Source of the DNA: Histomonas meleagridis 2922-C6/04-290x
Lineage: Eukaryota > Protista > Parabasalia
Length of the DNA: 64,000 bases
Direction of reading: 5' to 3'
NCBI GenBank assembly: GCA_020184695.1
Contig: JAANOX010000087.1
Coordinates: 397,850-461,849, forward strand
Shown: piece after piece, positions 8,721 through 18,304 of the stretch
Layout of the letters: every line of letters starts with the position of its first letter
Numbering within the stretch: position 1 is the first letter of the stretch
The notes under the pieces: model-generated
Told to the model about the DNA's origin: nothing
Databases searched by the model: none
The model's input: only the letters and a program-made list of their open reading frames with translations
Made by a program: the position numbers and the translations under genes

Positions 8721-11375
8721 TCATTTATGTGGCATAAAATATATTGATGAACCGAAAACCACAAACCCTTCTTCAACAAATTCCGCTGCCTCCCCATCTG
8801 CCACAGGGACCATCGATTCAAATTGATTTTGAATTTGGAAATCTTCTGGATTGATTTTATATATATTAACTTTTTGATCATAACTAAACGTTAGCATCAA
8901 CAGTGTTCCTTGTTCTGCTTTAATTGTCACTGCCTTAATTCCGCCCTGATGTGCGCCTTCAACTTGTAATTTTGGAACAACATTTAACGGCTGGAAAGTA
9001 ACCTCCCAAACCGCCACAACTGCTTCACCGGCGGTTACTGCAAACAATCTATCGTTGTATTTAAACAACTTTACACAATGTAAACCGCAACAATCAATTG
9101 AAATATTCTCAATAAACGGATTCTCCCCTTCGACGATGAAATAAACGTATCCCGTTGATGTGACTATTCCGACAACTTCGTTTAGAACAGTTGATGATAT
9201 CGGAACACCATTTAATTCCAATCTGTCCAACATTTCTAATTCATCATTAATAAATCTATAAGTGAGAATTGAAGCATTACTAAGGCCAACAAAAAGTTTC
9301 TCATTACATATAGATAATGAAGTAATCCTCATTTGATATTTGTTAGGATTGTCACCAATAACAAACGAGGCTATCCTAAATAATCTTTCATTATAATATT
9401 TCCAAATATAAAGATATCCTTTTGATCCACCACTATATAAAATCGAATTATTTCGGTCAAAACAGATTGCATGTGTACCAAAATCTATAGATTGGACTAA
9501 ATCGACACAAAAAATTTCATTATCAATAATTTTCCATAATCGAATATCTCGATCGCATGAACCAGTGATAACTAAATTTCCACATTTTGTCATACATAGA
9601 CCTCGTAGTCCATGAAATGGTATTCCAAATGATATTGCTGGGACACAAATTTGATGTTGGAATAGTTTAATTGATCCTTCCGAAAGCCATGCAACAGAAT
9701 AATGGTTAAAATCGTTCATTGTAATGGCAAAGATACTATGCTGTGATGGAACTTTATGTTTGCCAAGCATTGTTTGAGTGGTCATATCCCATAATGCAAT
9801 ACTATCCTTTGTAATAGCTGTGACAACAACAGAGTTACCAACGGATTGAATATGAGCTGTAGAGCGGCATTGATTGGGTATACGCCAAACGGTTTTGATA
9901 TGCCAATATTGGTCCATCTGACCAACTATTGTAACAAGTCCATCTGAGCGTCCAGCGAAGTAAATGTGGTCATCCAGGAATGTAATGCATCGGAAACCAT
10001 CATTTGATACCGATGTAAGAATTGATGAAGATTGAAATTGTTGATAACCTTCTTCGAACTCCAAAACAACAATACGTGAAGCGTGCGATCCTAATGCTAT
10101 AATTGGCATTGTTGGATGCATTGAAATTGCCATTGGTGGTTTCAAGAAATAATCTGATATAGACATGTTCAACACTTCGTTTCCATCAAGTGTACGAATT
10201 ATTAGAGTATTATTGGAATAAACAGAGGATAAAAAGAATTCACTAATAGCTAATGAGATACATGCATTTGGGGTGGGCCCAAAGACGTGAACGTTTATGC
10301 CATCATAGAAAAAGTGGTGTCGGCTTCGGGATGCCCCAAACGCAAAGTTTCCTTTTGTTTGGATTAAATGCCATCCGAAAACTTCTTCTGATGGGCCAAG
10401 GATTATTTCATTTTGAGGGAGAAGTGCAAGAGTTCCATCAACGGTACCATATAATAAATCACCATTTTGAAGGAATGAAATTGAAAGTGGGAATTTCGGA
10501 TCTTTAGAGCTTTTGTTATTGGTAAATTGGAATATTTGCACGTCATTACCGTTCTTATATAAAGTAAAATGCCTAAGAATTCCATCTTGGCCGCCAGTTA
10601 CAACTTCATTTCCAATGGCATCAAAGGCGGTTATGTTCTTGATGCGGTGAAGATGATAGCACATCTCGGATTCGTCGAGAAGATGAATACAGCCATCTTC
10701 GCCATAAGTAATCGGGCCAATTGGAAGAAACTTGGCTCCCCATACACGAGATGTATAATTTGTGAATGTTTTGATTTTTTCAATTTGAACATCATGAACT
10801 TTCCAAAGTGAAGCTGTATGGAATTCATGCGCTGTGATAAGATCTCTGGTTTGTGGATTATAATCAATTCCAAAAATAGCGCCAGAATCAGTTGAAACTT
10901 CGAAATAATTTTCAAGTGCAAATGTTAATGTACCAAATGAATCTGCATAAATGTAATGCTGGTTATCAAAAATATATGCAGCTGTAACTATCTTCCAATC
11001 TTTTGGATCGATTTGTGTGATATTTTCATTATCCATAATTACAAGTTGACCATGACGCAAAATGAGTGCAATCGTTGAGGGCGAAGTTCTTTTTCCGGTT
11101 AAAATCCAGTCTTCTAGTTCATATTTTTGGAGTTCGCGGAAATTTTGGAAATCAGGGGAAAGTTCAATAAACTTAATCTGGTTTTCAGCAAAAACAATAA
11201 AGCCGAATTCATCACATATAATTCCAAAAACTCGAAAATGATTTGGAAATATAAATAAACGTGATATTAACTGATGATCTTTGTAAATGTAAAGATATGG
11301 TCCTACGCCGGCAATGATTATATCTGTTGAGCCATTATAAAAAGAAACGCAAGATGCTCCATAAACCAATGACAT
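8721..11375 (-). CDS. WD40 repeat protein, WDR6/Trm734-like (tRNA 2'-O-methylation cofactor)
   Basis: 884 aa with multiple WD blades (VVTGGQDGILRHF, ITGSCDRDIRLW, HQGGIKAV...SYDQKVNIY); length and C-terminal VADG motif resemble WDR6. Confidence 0.7.
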   Translation of the reverse strand: MSLVYGASCVSFYNGSTDIIIAGVGPYLYIYKDHQLISRLFIFPNHFRVFGIICDEFGFIVFAENQIKFIELSPDFQNFRELQKYELEDWILTGKRTSPSTIALILRHGQLVIMDNENITQIDPKDWKIVTAAYIFDNQHYIYADSFGTLTFALENYFEVSTDSGAIFGIDYNPQTRDLITAHEFHTASLWKVHDVQIEKIKTFTNYTSRVWGAKFLPIGPITYGEDGCIHLLDESEMCYHLHRIKNITAFDAIGNEVVTGGQDGILRHFTLYKNGNDVQIFQFTNNKSSKDPKFPLSISFLQNGDLLYGTVDGTLALLPQNEIILGPSEEVFGWHLIQTKGNFAFGASRSRHHFFYDGINVHVFGPTPNACISLAISEFFLSSVYSNNTLIIRTLDGNEVLNMSISDYFLKPPMAISMHPTMPIIALGSHASRIVVLEFEEGYQQFQSSSILTSVSNDGFRCITFLDDHIYFAGRSDGLVTIVGQMDQYWHIKTVWRIPNQCRSTAHIQSVGNSVVVTAITKDSIALWDMTTQTMLGKHKVPSQHSIFAITMNDFNHYSVAWLSEGSIKLFQHQICVPAISFGIPFHGLRGLCMTKCGNLVITGSCDRDIRLWKIIDNEIFCVDLVQSIDFGTHAICFDRNNSILYSGGSKGYLYIWKYYNERLFRIASFVIGDNPNKYQMRITSLSICNEKLFVGLSNASILTYRFINDELEMLDRLELNGVPISSTVLNEVVGIVTSTGYVYFIVEGENPFIENISIDCCGLHCVKLFKYNDRLFAVTAGEAVVAVWEVTFQPLNVVPKLQVEGAHQGGIKAVTIKAEQGTLLMLTFSYDQKVNIYKINPEDFQIQNQFESMVPVADGEAAEFVEEGFVVFGSSIYFMPHK

Positions 11376-12599
11376 CGATGTTCAAATTTGTAACCGTTAA
11401 CTATGGACCAAAACAATTTTTCCATTTCTTCGCTTATTCTTATATTAAAAGTACAAGCTATAACTATTAATCTATTTCATGGTTTAAATGTATTTATTTA
11501 GACGGAAGAGTTAATCATAAAATTCGCCAACATTATACACACCATAAATTATAGTTCATGAATCCGCGAAACTGATGTTTCTAATAGTATACCGAATAAT
11601 ATAAAAGATAAATTAAAAATGGTATAATAATTTTATTAATCTTTTTTATTCATTAATTTTTGAACTTTTGCAATGAAATTAATGTTTTCCTAATTTGCTT
11701 TCATTTTTAATATGATTTCTTGTTAATGTTGCTAATTTGAGATTTCTGTAAACAAAAAATGTGATGTGTCAAAAAATGTTTATGGATCAAGTCTGACGAA
11801 CATTTTCTTAATAAAAAGTTTTAATACATTATTATATAATATATAATGTTGAATGTTTAATATTTAAAAACATGGTTTTGTTATGTTATAATTGGTTTTA
11901 TGTGAGAATTCTCTTATCTTGATTTTTTTAAATTCAATAGTTTATGTAATTTTTGAATATAAAATGATCGACTTCTATCAAATACATGTCGACATATCCA
12001 TCGAAAAATATATTCCAATTCCTCTAATTTTGAAATTATGGGTTGGTCTTTGTTTTTTGGAGTTGCAAAATTCAAAATTTATAATTACATAACGATTATT
12101 TTTGCTAATTTTTTTGTGCATTAATTTAACATTCTAATTTTGAAGTGACTATTAGCTATCAATTTCATATGCTACACTTTTCGTAAAAATTTTCATTGAC
12201 ACCTTGGGTTTAATTTAAAAAATCATGTACTACACAAAAATTACCGCTCTTGTATTATTGTTACTGTGAATATCCTTGCAATCCTATACGATGAGAAATT
12301 ATGTCCACTAAATTGAAGATGATTTAATCGTTCATCAATAATACAATTTTATTCTATATTTTCTATATCTTCGCGTGAATCCATACCAAAAAAGTATTCA
12401 TTTTCTTAAAGCAAATTATTTTCATAATATCATTCTCAATTGGTTCGCTTTCTGAGGAAAGGAAATCATTAGAATCCGAGTTAAGCCCATCTAAAATTAA
12501 CTCACTTGCCACTGATATATTTTTATTTTTTTTCGCCATATTTGCTTTAACATAACTAGTAGTAATATGATCATTTCATTTTTAGAAATGCTATTTCTA

Positions 12600-14850
12600 T
12601 TCTTACTGCATATGATTTTTTTCCATGATATTTGTTTGCATGTTGAAATCAGAATATGGGATGAGATTTCATGGAAGAATTCATTGAATCATTCCTTAAT
12701 TAAAATGATATCGATCAAAAATAATTGAAAAGGTTGATGAAAAAAAAATTTGGATAGAAAACATTCAAAAAGTGGCCTGCTATAAATTTAAAATTGATTC
12801 CTCTCGTAATTAAATCAAACAGAAGTCAAAATTGGCTTTATTAAATTATGGATAACAAACCACCAATTATTAATATTAGTATGAAATACGGCAATTGGAA
12901 ATGATGATTTAAAGTTCTTCCAATTTCTTCATTAATAAGTTTTAGGTTTTTAACTTTATAATTGTTACATGTCAATTCGAAATTTAAAGATGGAATAATA
13001 AATCTTTTATTTGCACCTATTTTTTGGTTGAGTCTTAATTGAGACATACCAATTAATTCTATTTTATTCGTAATATTTTTTTTTATATTGTATCTAAATA
13101 TTACATTTTTGTTATAAAAGATATGGCTATAGTGCATGTAAATATTCTTTGAAAGTTAGTAATTGGATTTTCGGGATTTATAGATATTTTAGTTTAATAC
13201 TTGCATCGGATAACATTCTTTCATTATTTTCTAATAAGCAAGAATATAAGAAACACTTTTTAACAGTGATTTTAAGTTTTGCATAATTGCAAATATTGTC
13301 TACAATTTCTATAATATTTTCATCCCATTCTCCGATTTACTAATCAAAAGAATATCATCTGCGTAAGCTTGAATAACTATCTCATTTACTCCTTCGTTCT
13401 TATGTCTAGAATTGACAACTCTAAATAAAGGGTCAATTGCTATATCAAATAATAAAGGAGAAATTGAACATCCTTGTTTAACACCTTTCCTAAGGATGAT
13501 TTTTTTTTTTTGATTTAAATTCCATAGTTCGAATTATATTAAAAGAGTCACTGTAACAATTTTTAAAAATATTAATAAAAGTTTTATCAAAACCTAAATG
13601 TTTTAAATTGTTGAATATAAATTCATGAGGAATTTCGCCGAAAGTATTCGATAAATTAATGAATGTAATATAAATATTTTTTTTTGTCTAACTAACATAA
13701 TTGGTAAGTTCTTGAACTGTAGCTGTATGTTGTAAACAACCATTATAACCATTAATAAAATATTTTTGGTAATTAGAGATGATATTCAATTTCGAATCAT
13801 ATTGTTGTAAGGCGAAAGCGATTTGAATTATGATGAACTTTCTAACTAGTTGCAGTAATTGTAATTGGTCTCCAATTACTACAATTTTTGGGATCATCAT
13901 TTGTTTGTGAATTATAACTACTTTGGAAGTTTTCCAATGGGTTGGAAAACATTTGGTGCTCTTGAAGTAATTTCAAAATATTTTGAAGCCCATTTTGGAC
14001 ATTCAGAGAATACTGCATGAGATAGACCATCTAAACCATGAGCTGAGTTTAACTTTCTTTTTAATAATCGATCTAAAGTAAGATGTTTTATGTTCATTAC
14101 ATTTGACCAGAATAGGTCTAAATCTTCTTCATTGATCAGTTTCAAATTATTCCAGATAGATTCTTCATCTTTTTGGAAATATGAAATTTTAGACCATATA
14201 TCATTATAATATTCTGTATCCTTCTGTGAAATATTATAACAATAAGAGGTTATAGAATATGTTTTTTTCTCAACATTTTTTGGGATCATCATAATATAGA
14301 TCCTGTTTTTTGCAATTCTGCTCCTTTCTCCTATCATTTTTGTATTGATTAATTCTTGTAACGAAAGGATCTAAACATTCAATAAAATTATCATACCAAT
14401 CATCTTGTTGGTTTTCTAAATTATGAAGACTGAGAGCATATTTAGTGCCAACATGTTTGAAAATACGAGGTGTAATATATAAATTAGCTGTAATTATCAC
14501 ATGGAGCATAAGCATGTAATCCATTCTTTTAAATAATTGATTAATATTTGGTAATGTTAATATATATCCATTGCATAACTCAAATGGGACGAAATATCGC
14601 CCATTATTAAAATTGAAGATGATCATCTACATGGCAGGCTTTATAAGTATATTATCCCATAGCTCAAAGGGAAATATCAAAAGTGAAAGGGGAAGGACAT
14701 CGTTTTCATTTCATCTCATATATTGTAATTGGTGACTTGTAAAATTTCTTCAATGTTTTGTAAAAAATCAATATCTAATTTGTTTTGATTCGTCAGGTGG
14801 TGTTGTCCCAAGTTTCTGAGCCTTTGGGTTTGATCTGGTCTGGTGGGAGG
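12600..14850 (-). mobile_element. Decayed non-LTR retrotransposon (reverse transcriptase, R2/NeSL-like), boundaries approximate
   Basis: RT motifs in order across broken frames: SAHGLDGL (~14047-14024), NWRPITIT (~13880-13858), FINGYNGCLQH, FINLSNTFGEIPH (~13665-13624), GVKQGCSISPLLF (~13486-13448), QAYADD (YADD 13365-13354), KITVKKC, LNQKIGANKRFIIPSLNFEL. Many stops and frameshifts. Confidence 0.9.
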
Positions 14851-14912
14851 CAATATGTAAAATGAAATATTTGAATTGAACCTAATTAAAAATATTCGAG
14901 ATTAAAAAAATG

Positions 14913-14919
14913 AAAAAAA
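14913..14919 (-). terminator. Pol III terminator (T7) of the tRNA-Ile gene
   Basis: A7 run on the + strand immediately past the tRNA 3' end. Confidence 0.7.
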
Positions 14920-14920
14920 T

Positions 14921-14993
14921 TGGTCCCGCAGGGACTTGAACCCTAGACCTTTGCGTTATCAGCACAACGCTCTACCGACTGAGCTACGAGACC
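14921..14993 (-). tRNA. tRNA-Ile, anticodon GAT
   Basis: 73 nt: GGTCTCGTAGCTCAGTCGGTAGAGCGTTGTGCTGATAACGCAAAGGTCTAGGGTTCAAGTCCCTGCGGGACCA. It folds as a cloverleaf with anticodon stem TTGTG/CGCAA and loop CT-GAT-AA, followed by a T7 Pol III terminator. Confidence 0.95.
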
Positions 14994-15271
14994 TTCGTTC
15001 ATTCTTTTAGGATATATAATTTGGTATAAATTAATCAACATTATGAAATAAATAATCAGAAAAAGTACAACTGAGCACAACAATTTGGAGGTTAAAATGA
15101 TTTCAAACTTTGGGTTCTCCATCTTTTGATTTCGCAAATAGAACCAAAACATTGAATAATATACTATATGTTTAATAAGTAATGACAAAACAAAATGAAT
15201 TTACAACAAAAAACACATCAAAATTAGATTAGCCACTAAATTTATAAATAATTATTACATATACATCGATA

Positions 15272-16234
15272 TCAAAAATCATCACCGACTTCATCCTCAT
15301 ACTCATCCTGTGATATCATAAGTTCATTCCAGCATTCAATGAAGTTTTTAAGGTTAATTTTGAAGAACAATAATCCTATGCTATTAATTGCCTGGAAAAT
15401 TTCTTGTGAAGAAGAAGCATTCAAAATTAGGGCTTCTTGTGTCTTCATCATTGCCAGCAAAAGCGAGTGAGTGCTTCTTTGTCCAAAGTAAACATATCGA
15501 TCCATTATCAGATATATCATAGATGATGGCATTTGATTACCTAACCCTCCAGAAAGGAACCAGACGGGCGCATATAGGATGGGCTCGACTTTGAACTGCT
15601 CTAAAACATTGGAAATCTTCGGAAGACGTTTTTTCAAAAATCTTTTGTGCACATCAAGATGATGAAGTAGACCAGTCATGTCAGCGTGCATTACAAAGGA
15701 TTGGTTGTGCTTGTAGTCATTAAAAAGATTGTACATGGTCCAGAATGCTTCACAATCATCAAGAACTTGTGTGAAAATCGCAGCAAAAAAATTCATCCCT
15801 TGAGTGTACTCAAGACCTTCATCAACCATAATGTAACGAACAAGTAAGTTTTCGATCCTAAGTCGATTATTTGGATCATGCATCCATAAACAGTTTTTAT
15901 ATGTTCTTTCAACATCATTGTGAATTTGCTTCTTGAATGCGTTGATTTGGTCGGTTGATAAGCTTGATGATAAAGGAATTGTGTTGATAATTGTATCTTC
16001 AGCTTTTGATATTTTCAAGTATGCAAGCTTTCTTATTTCTCTTGGAAATCCTTGTAAAGCTAGTTGATCTGCTTTTTGTTCTAATTCAGGAGAAGCATCA
16101 GGATATTGTTCGAAATAATTTATCCATAAATTAATTATAGTTTTTGAATATGTTATACCAAGCTGAGGTATTTTTTTGATTCCCTCTGGTAAGATCCAGC
16201 TGTTTTCATCGATAATTGGGGAGGAACGGCTCAT
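15272..16234 (-). CDS. TBC-domain Rab GTPase-activating protein
   Basis: IHNDVERT (R finger), YTQGMN (Q finger) and WFLS motifs. Confidence 0.9.
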   Translation of the reverse strand: MSRSSPIIDENSWILPEGIKKIPQLGITYSKTIINLWINYFEQYPDASPELEQKADQLALQGFPREIRKLAYLKISKAEDTIINTIPLSSSLSTDQINAFKKQIHNDVERTYKNCLWMHDPNNRLRIENLLVRYIMVDEGLEYTQGMNFFAAIFTQVLDDCEAFWTMYNLFNDYKHNQSFVMHADMTGLLHHLDVHKRFLKKRLPKISNVLEQFKVEPILYAPVWFLSGGLGNQMPSSMIYLIMDRYVYFGQRSTHSLLLAMMKTQEALILNASSSQEIFQAINSIGLLFFKINLKNFIECWNELMISQDEYEDEVGDDF

Positions 16235-16612
16235 GAATTGTTGTTCAGCTGGATAGAAGATCTTATAATAACTTTTTCAATGCATTAAGCAAGACTTTCA
16301 AAAAATTCTTTCAAAAAACGGTTCCCTTCAAATTTCTGCAAGTAAAAACTTTTGTCTGTAATACATTACCTGAGATAAATTTGCGTCGAAAAAAAAATTT
16401 TTACTTTTTTACTTAAGATATTTTTTGTAATGATTTTCGATATAATATTTTTCAATTCATTAAACACTTTTCTGAAGAGAAATTTTATGCTGAAATAAAA
16501 TAAAAAAAAAAAAATTTGTCTTATTTAATATATAGTTTAAATTTAAACATTTTTCAGTAGAAATTATAACGAAAACTATTTTTATTTTATATCTAATTTA
16601 TTTTTTATTAAA

Positions 16613-18175
16613 TTAATATTTTTTAGATGAAGAAAAGAAGAAATTATTACGTCTGCCATTATTATGTCCAAATTGTCTTCCGCCGCGAAAACTTCCACGA
16701 GATGCACCTCTTGGAGTTTGTTTTGCAAGCTCTTGAAGCCAATCTGGTACTGTCTGCCCTGATTGAGTCAAAACTTTAGCGAGTTTACGACTCATGTTTT
16801 TGTTTTCATCTGTGAAAAATGTAAGTGCCATTCCATTATTACTTCCACGTGCTGTTCTTCCAATTCGATGAATATAACTTTCAATGTCACCAGGAAAATC
16901 AAAGTTAACAACAATGTCAATATCAGAAACATCTAAACCACGTGCAGCTACATCTGTTGCAACAAGTGCTCCTGCTTTACATTCTTTATATTTATGTAAA
17001 ATATATTCTCGCTCATTTTGTGGTTTGTCTCCATGTATTGACATTGATGGAATACCTCGACTATCTAATGCATCTGATAAATTATCAGCACTTCTTTTAG
17101 TTTTGGTGAAGACGATAACTTTTTTATCGGTTTTGTCCTTCAAAAATTCAATGATTTTGTTCATCTTTTCAAATTCTTCAACTTTTTCAATAATTTGTGT
17201 AATGGCAGAATTTGTTGTAAGCTCATTGGAACCAATAACCATGTGAATAGGGTTGTTGAGAAAATCTTTCGCGAGCTGGCGTATTTCTTTTGGCCATGTA
17301 GCCGAAAACATCATGGTCTGTCGATCTTCGCTAATGTTTTCAATGATTTGTCTGATTTGTGGTTCAAAACCCATATCAAGCATTCTGTCTGCTTCATCTA
17401 AGACTAAAAAATTGATTCTTTCCGTGGTAATAATTCCTTGTTCCATATAATCAATTAATCGACCTGGTGTTGCAATAACGAGTGCTGGACTTCTCCTAAG
17501 TTGGGATATTTGGGCACCACGACCTGCACCACCAAAAATACAGCATTCATTACAACCAATTCCTGCCGCAAAGCTTGAGGCAACTTCACTAATTTGTTGA
17601 GCAAGTTCTCGAGTTGGTGATAAAACAAGAGCGATTGGACCATCACCTCTTTGCATTGGTGGTTGTCTTTTAATATGAACCATAGCTGGAATAATGAATG
17701 CACCAGTTTTTCCAGATCCTGTTTTGGCAATACCAATAAGATCTCGACCTGCAAAGGCAACTGGCATCGAAATAGATTGAATAGGTGATGGCCTAACCCA
17801 TTGATTTTGTTGAATTTGTTTCATGATTGAACCTGGAAGATTCAGTTCTTCAAATGTAAGTGCTGCTGGAGGGCAATTTTCTCCAATGATTTTAATTAAA
17901 TTATCTTTAAAGAATTTTTTCTCTTCTTCAGGGCTTGCTGTAGGTGTTATTTGAATATCCATCTTCACACCAACAACAGGTTCTTTTCGAAGTGGTCCAC
18001 TTGAAAAATTCATACCTTTTCCAAAGCGTTTGTTTCCAAAATGGTCTTTTCTCTCAATATTAAAAGAGCGTGATCTTGGCATTGAATTATTCCTTCCATT
18101 ATTGTGAAAATTATTTCTATTGTGGTATTCATCTTCACCATCACTAAACCTAGCATTGCTCCAAGAATTTGACAT
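16613..18175 (-). CDS. DEAD-box RNA helicase, DDX5/Dbp2-like
   Basis: PSPIQ, AKTGSGKT, PTRELA, TPGRLID, DEAD, SAT, ARGLD, HRIGRTAR; RGG-rich tail. Confidence 0.95.
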   Translation of the reverse strand: MSNSWSNARFSDGEDEYHNRNNFHNNGRNNSMPRSRSFNIERKDHFGNKRFGKGMNFSSGPLRKEPVVGVKMDIQITPTASPEEEKKFFKDNLIKIIGENCPPAALTFEELNLPGSIMKQIQQNQWVRPSPIQSISMPVAFAGRDLIGIAKTGSGKTGAFIIPAMVHIKRQPPMQRGDGPIALVLSPTRELAQQISEVASSFAAGIGCNECCIFGGAGRGAQISQLRRSPALVIATPGRLIDYMEQGIITTERINFLVLDEADRMLDMGFEPQIRQIIENISEDRQTMMFSATWPKEIRQLAKDFLNNPIHMVIGSNELTTNSAITQIIEKVEEFEKMNKIIEFLKDKTDKKVIVFTKTKRSADNLSDALDSRGIPSMSIHGDKPQNEREYILHKYKECKAGALVATDVAARGLDVSDIDIVVNFDFPGDIESYIHRIGRTARGSNNGMALTFFTDENKNMSRKLAKVLTQSGQTVPDWLQELAKQTPRGASRGSFRGGRQFGHNNGRRNNFFFSSSKKY

Positions 18176-18304
18176 GGAAGATTTTAATTAAAATCTGTGG
18201 TCGTGCATTTTCAGTTAAGAATTCTTGGCGGTCCTTTTTATGAAATGTGATATGAACTATTCCAACGTATTACGGGGTGCCTTGAAACCAAAGACAGTTT
18301 TTTA

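Noticed and set aside
14943-15188. 81-aa ORF
   Set aside because: Its 3' part is just the tRNA gene read as codons; the rest is AT-rich spacer.
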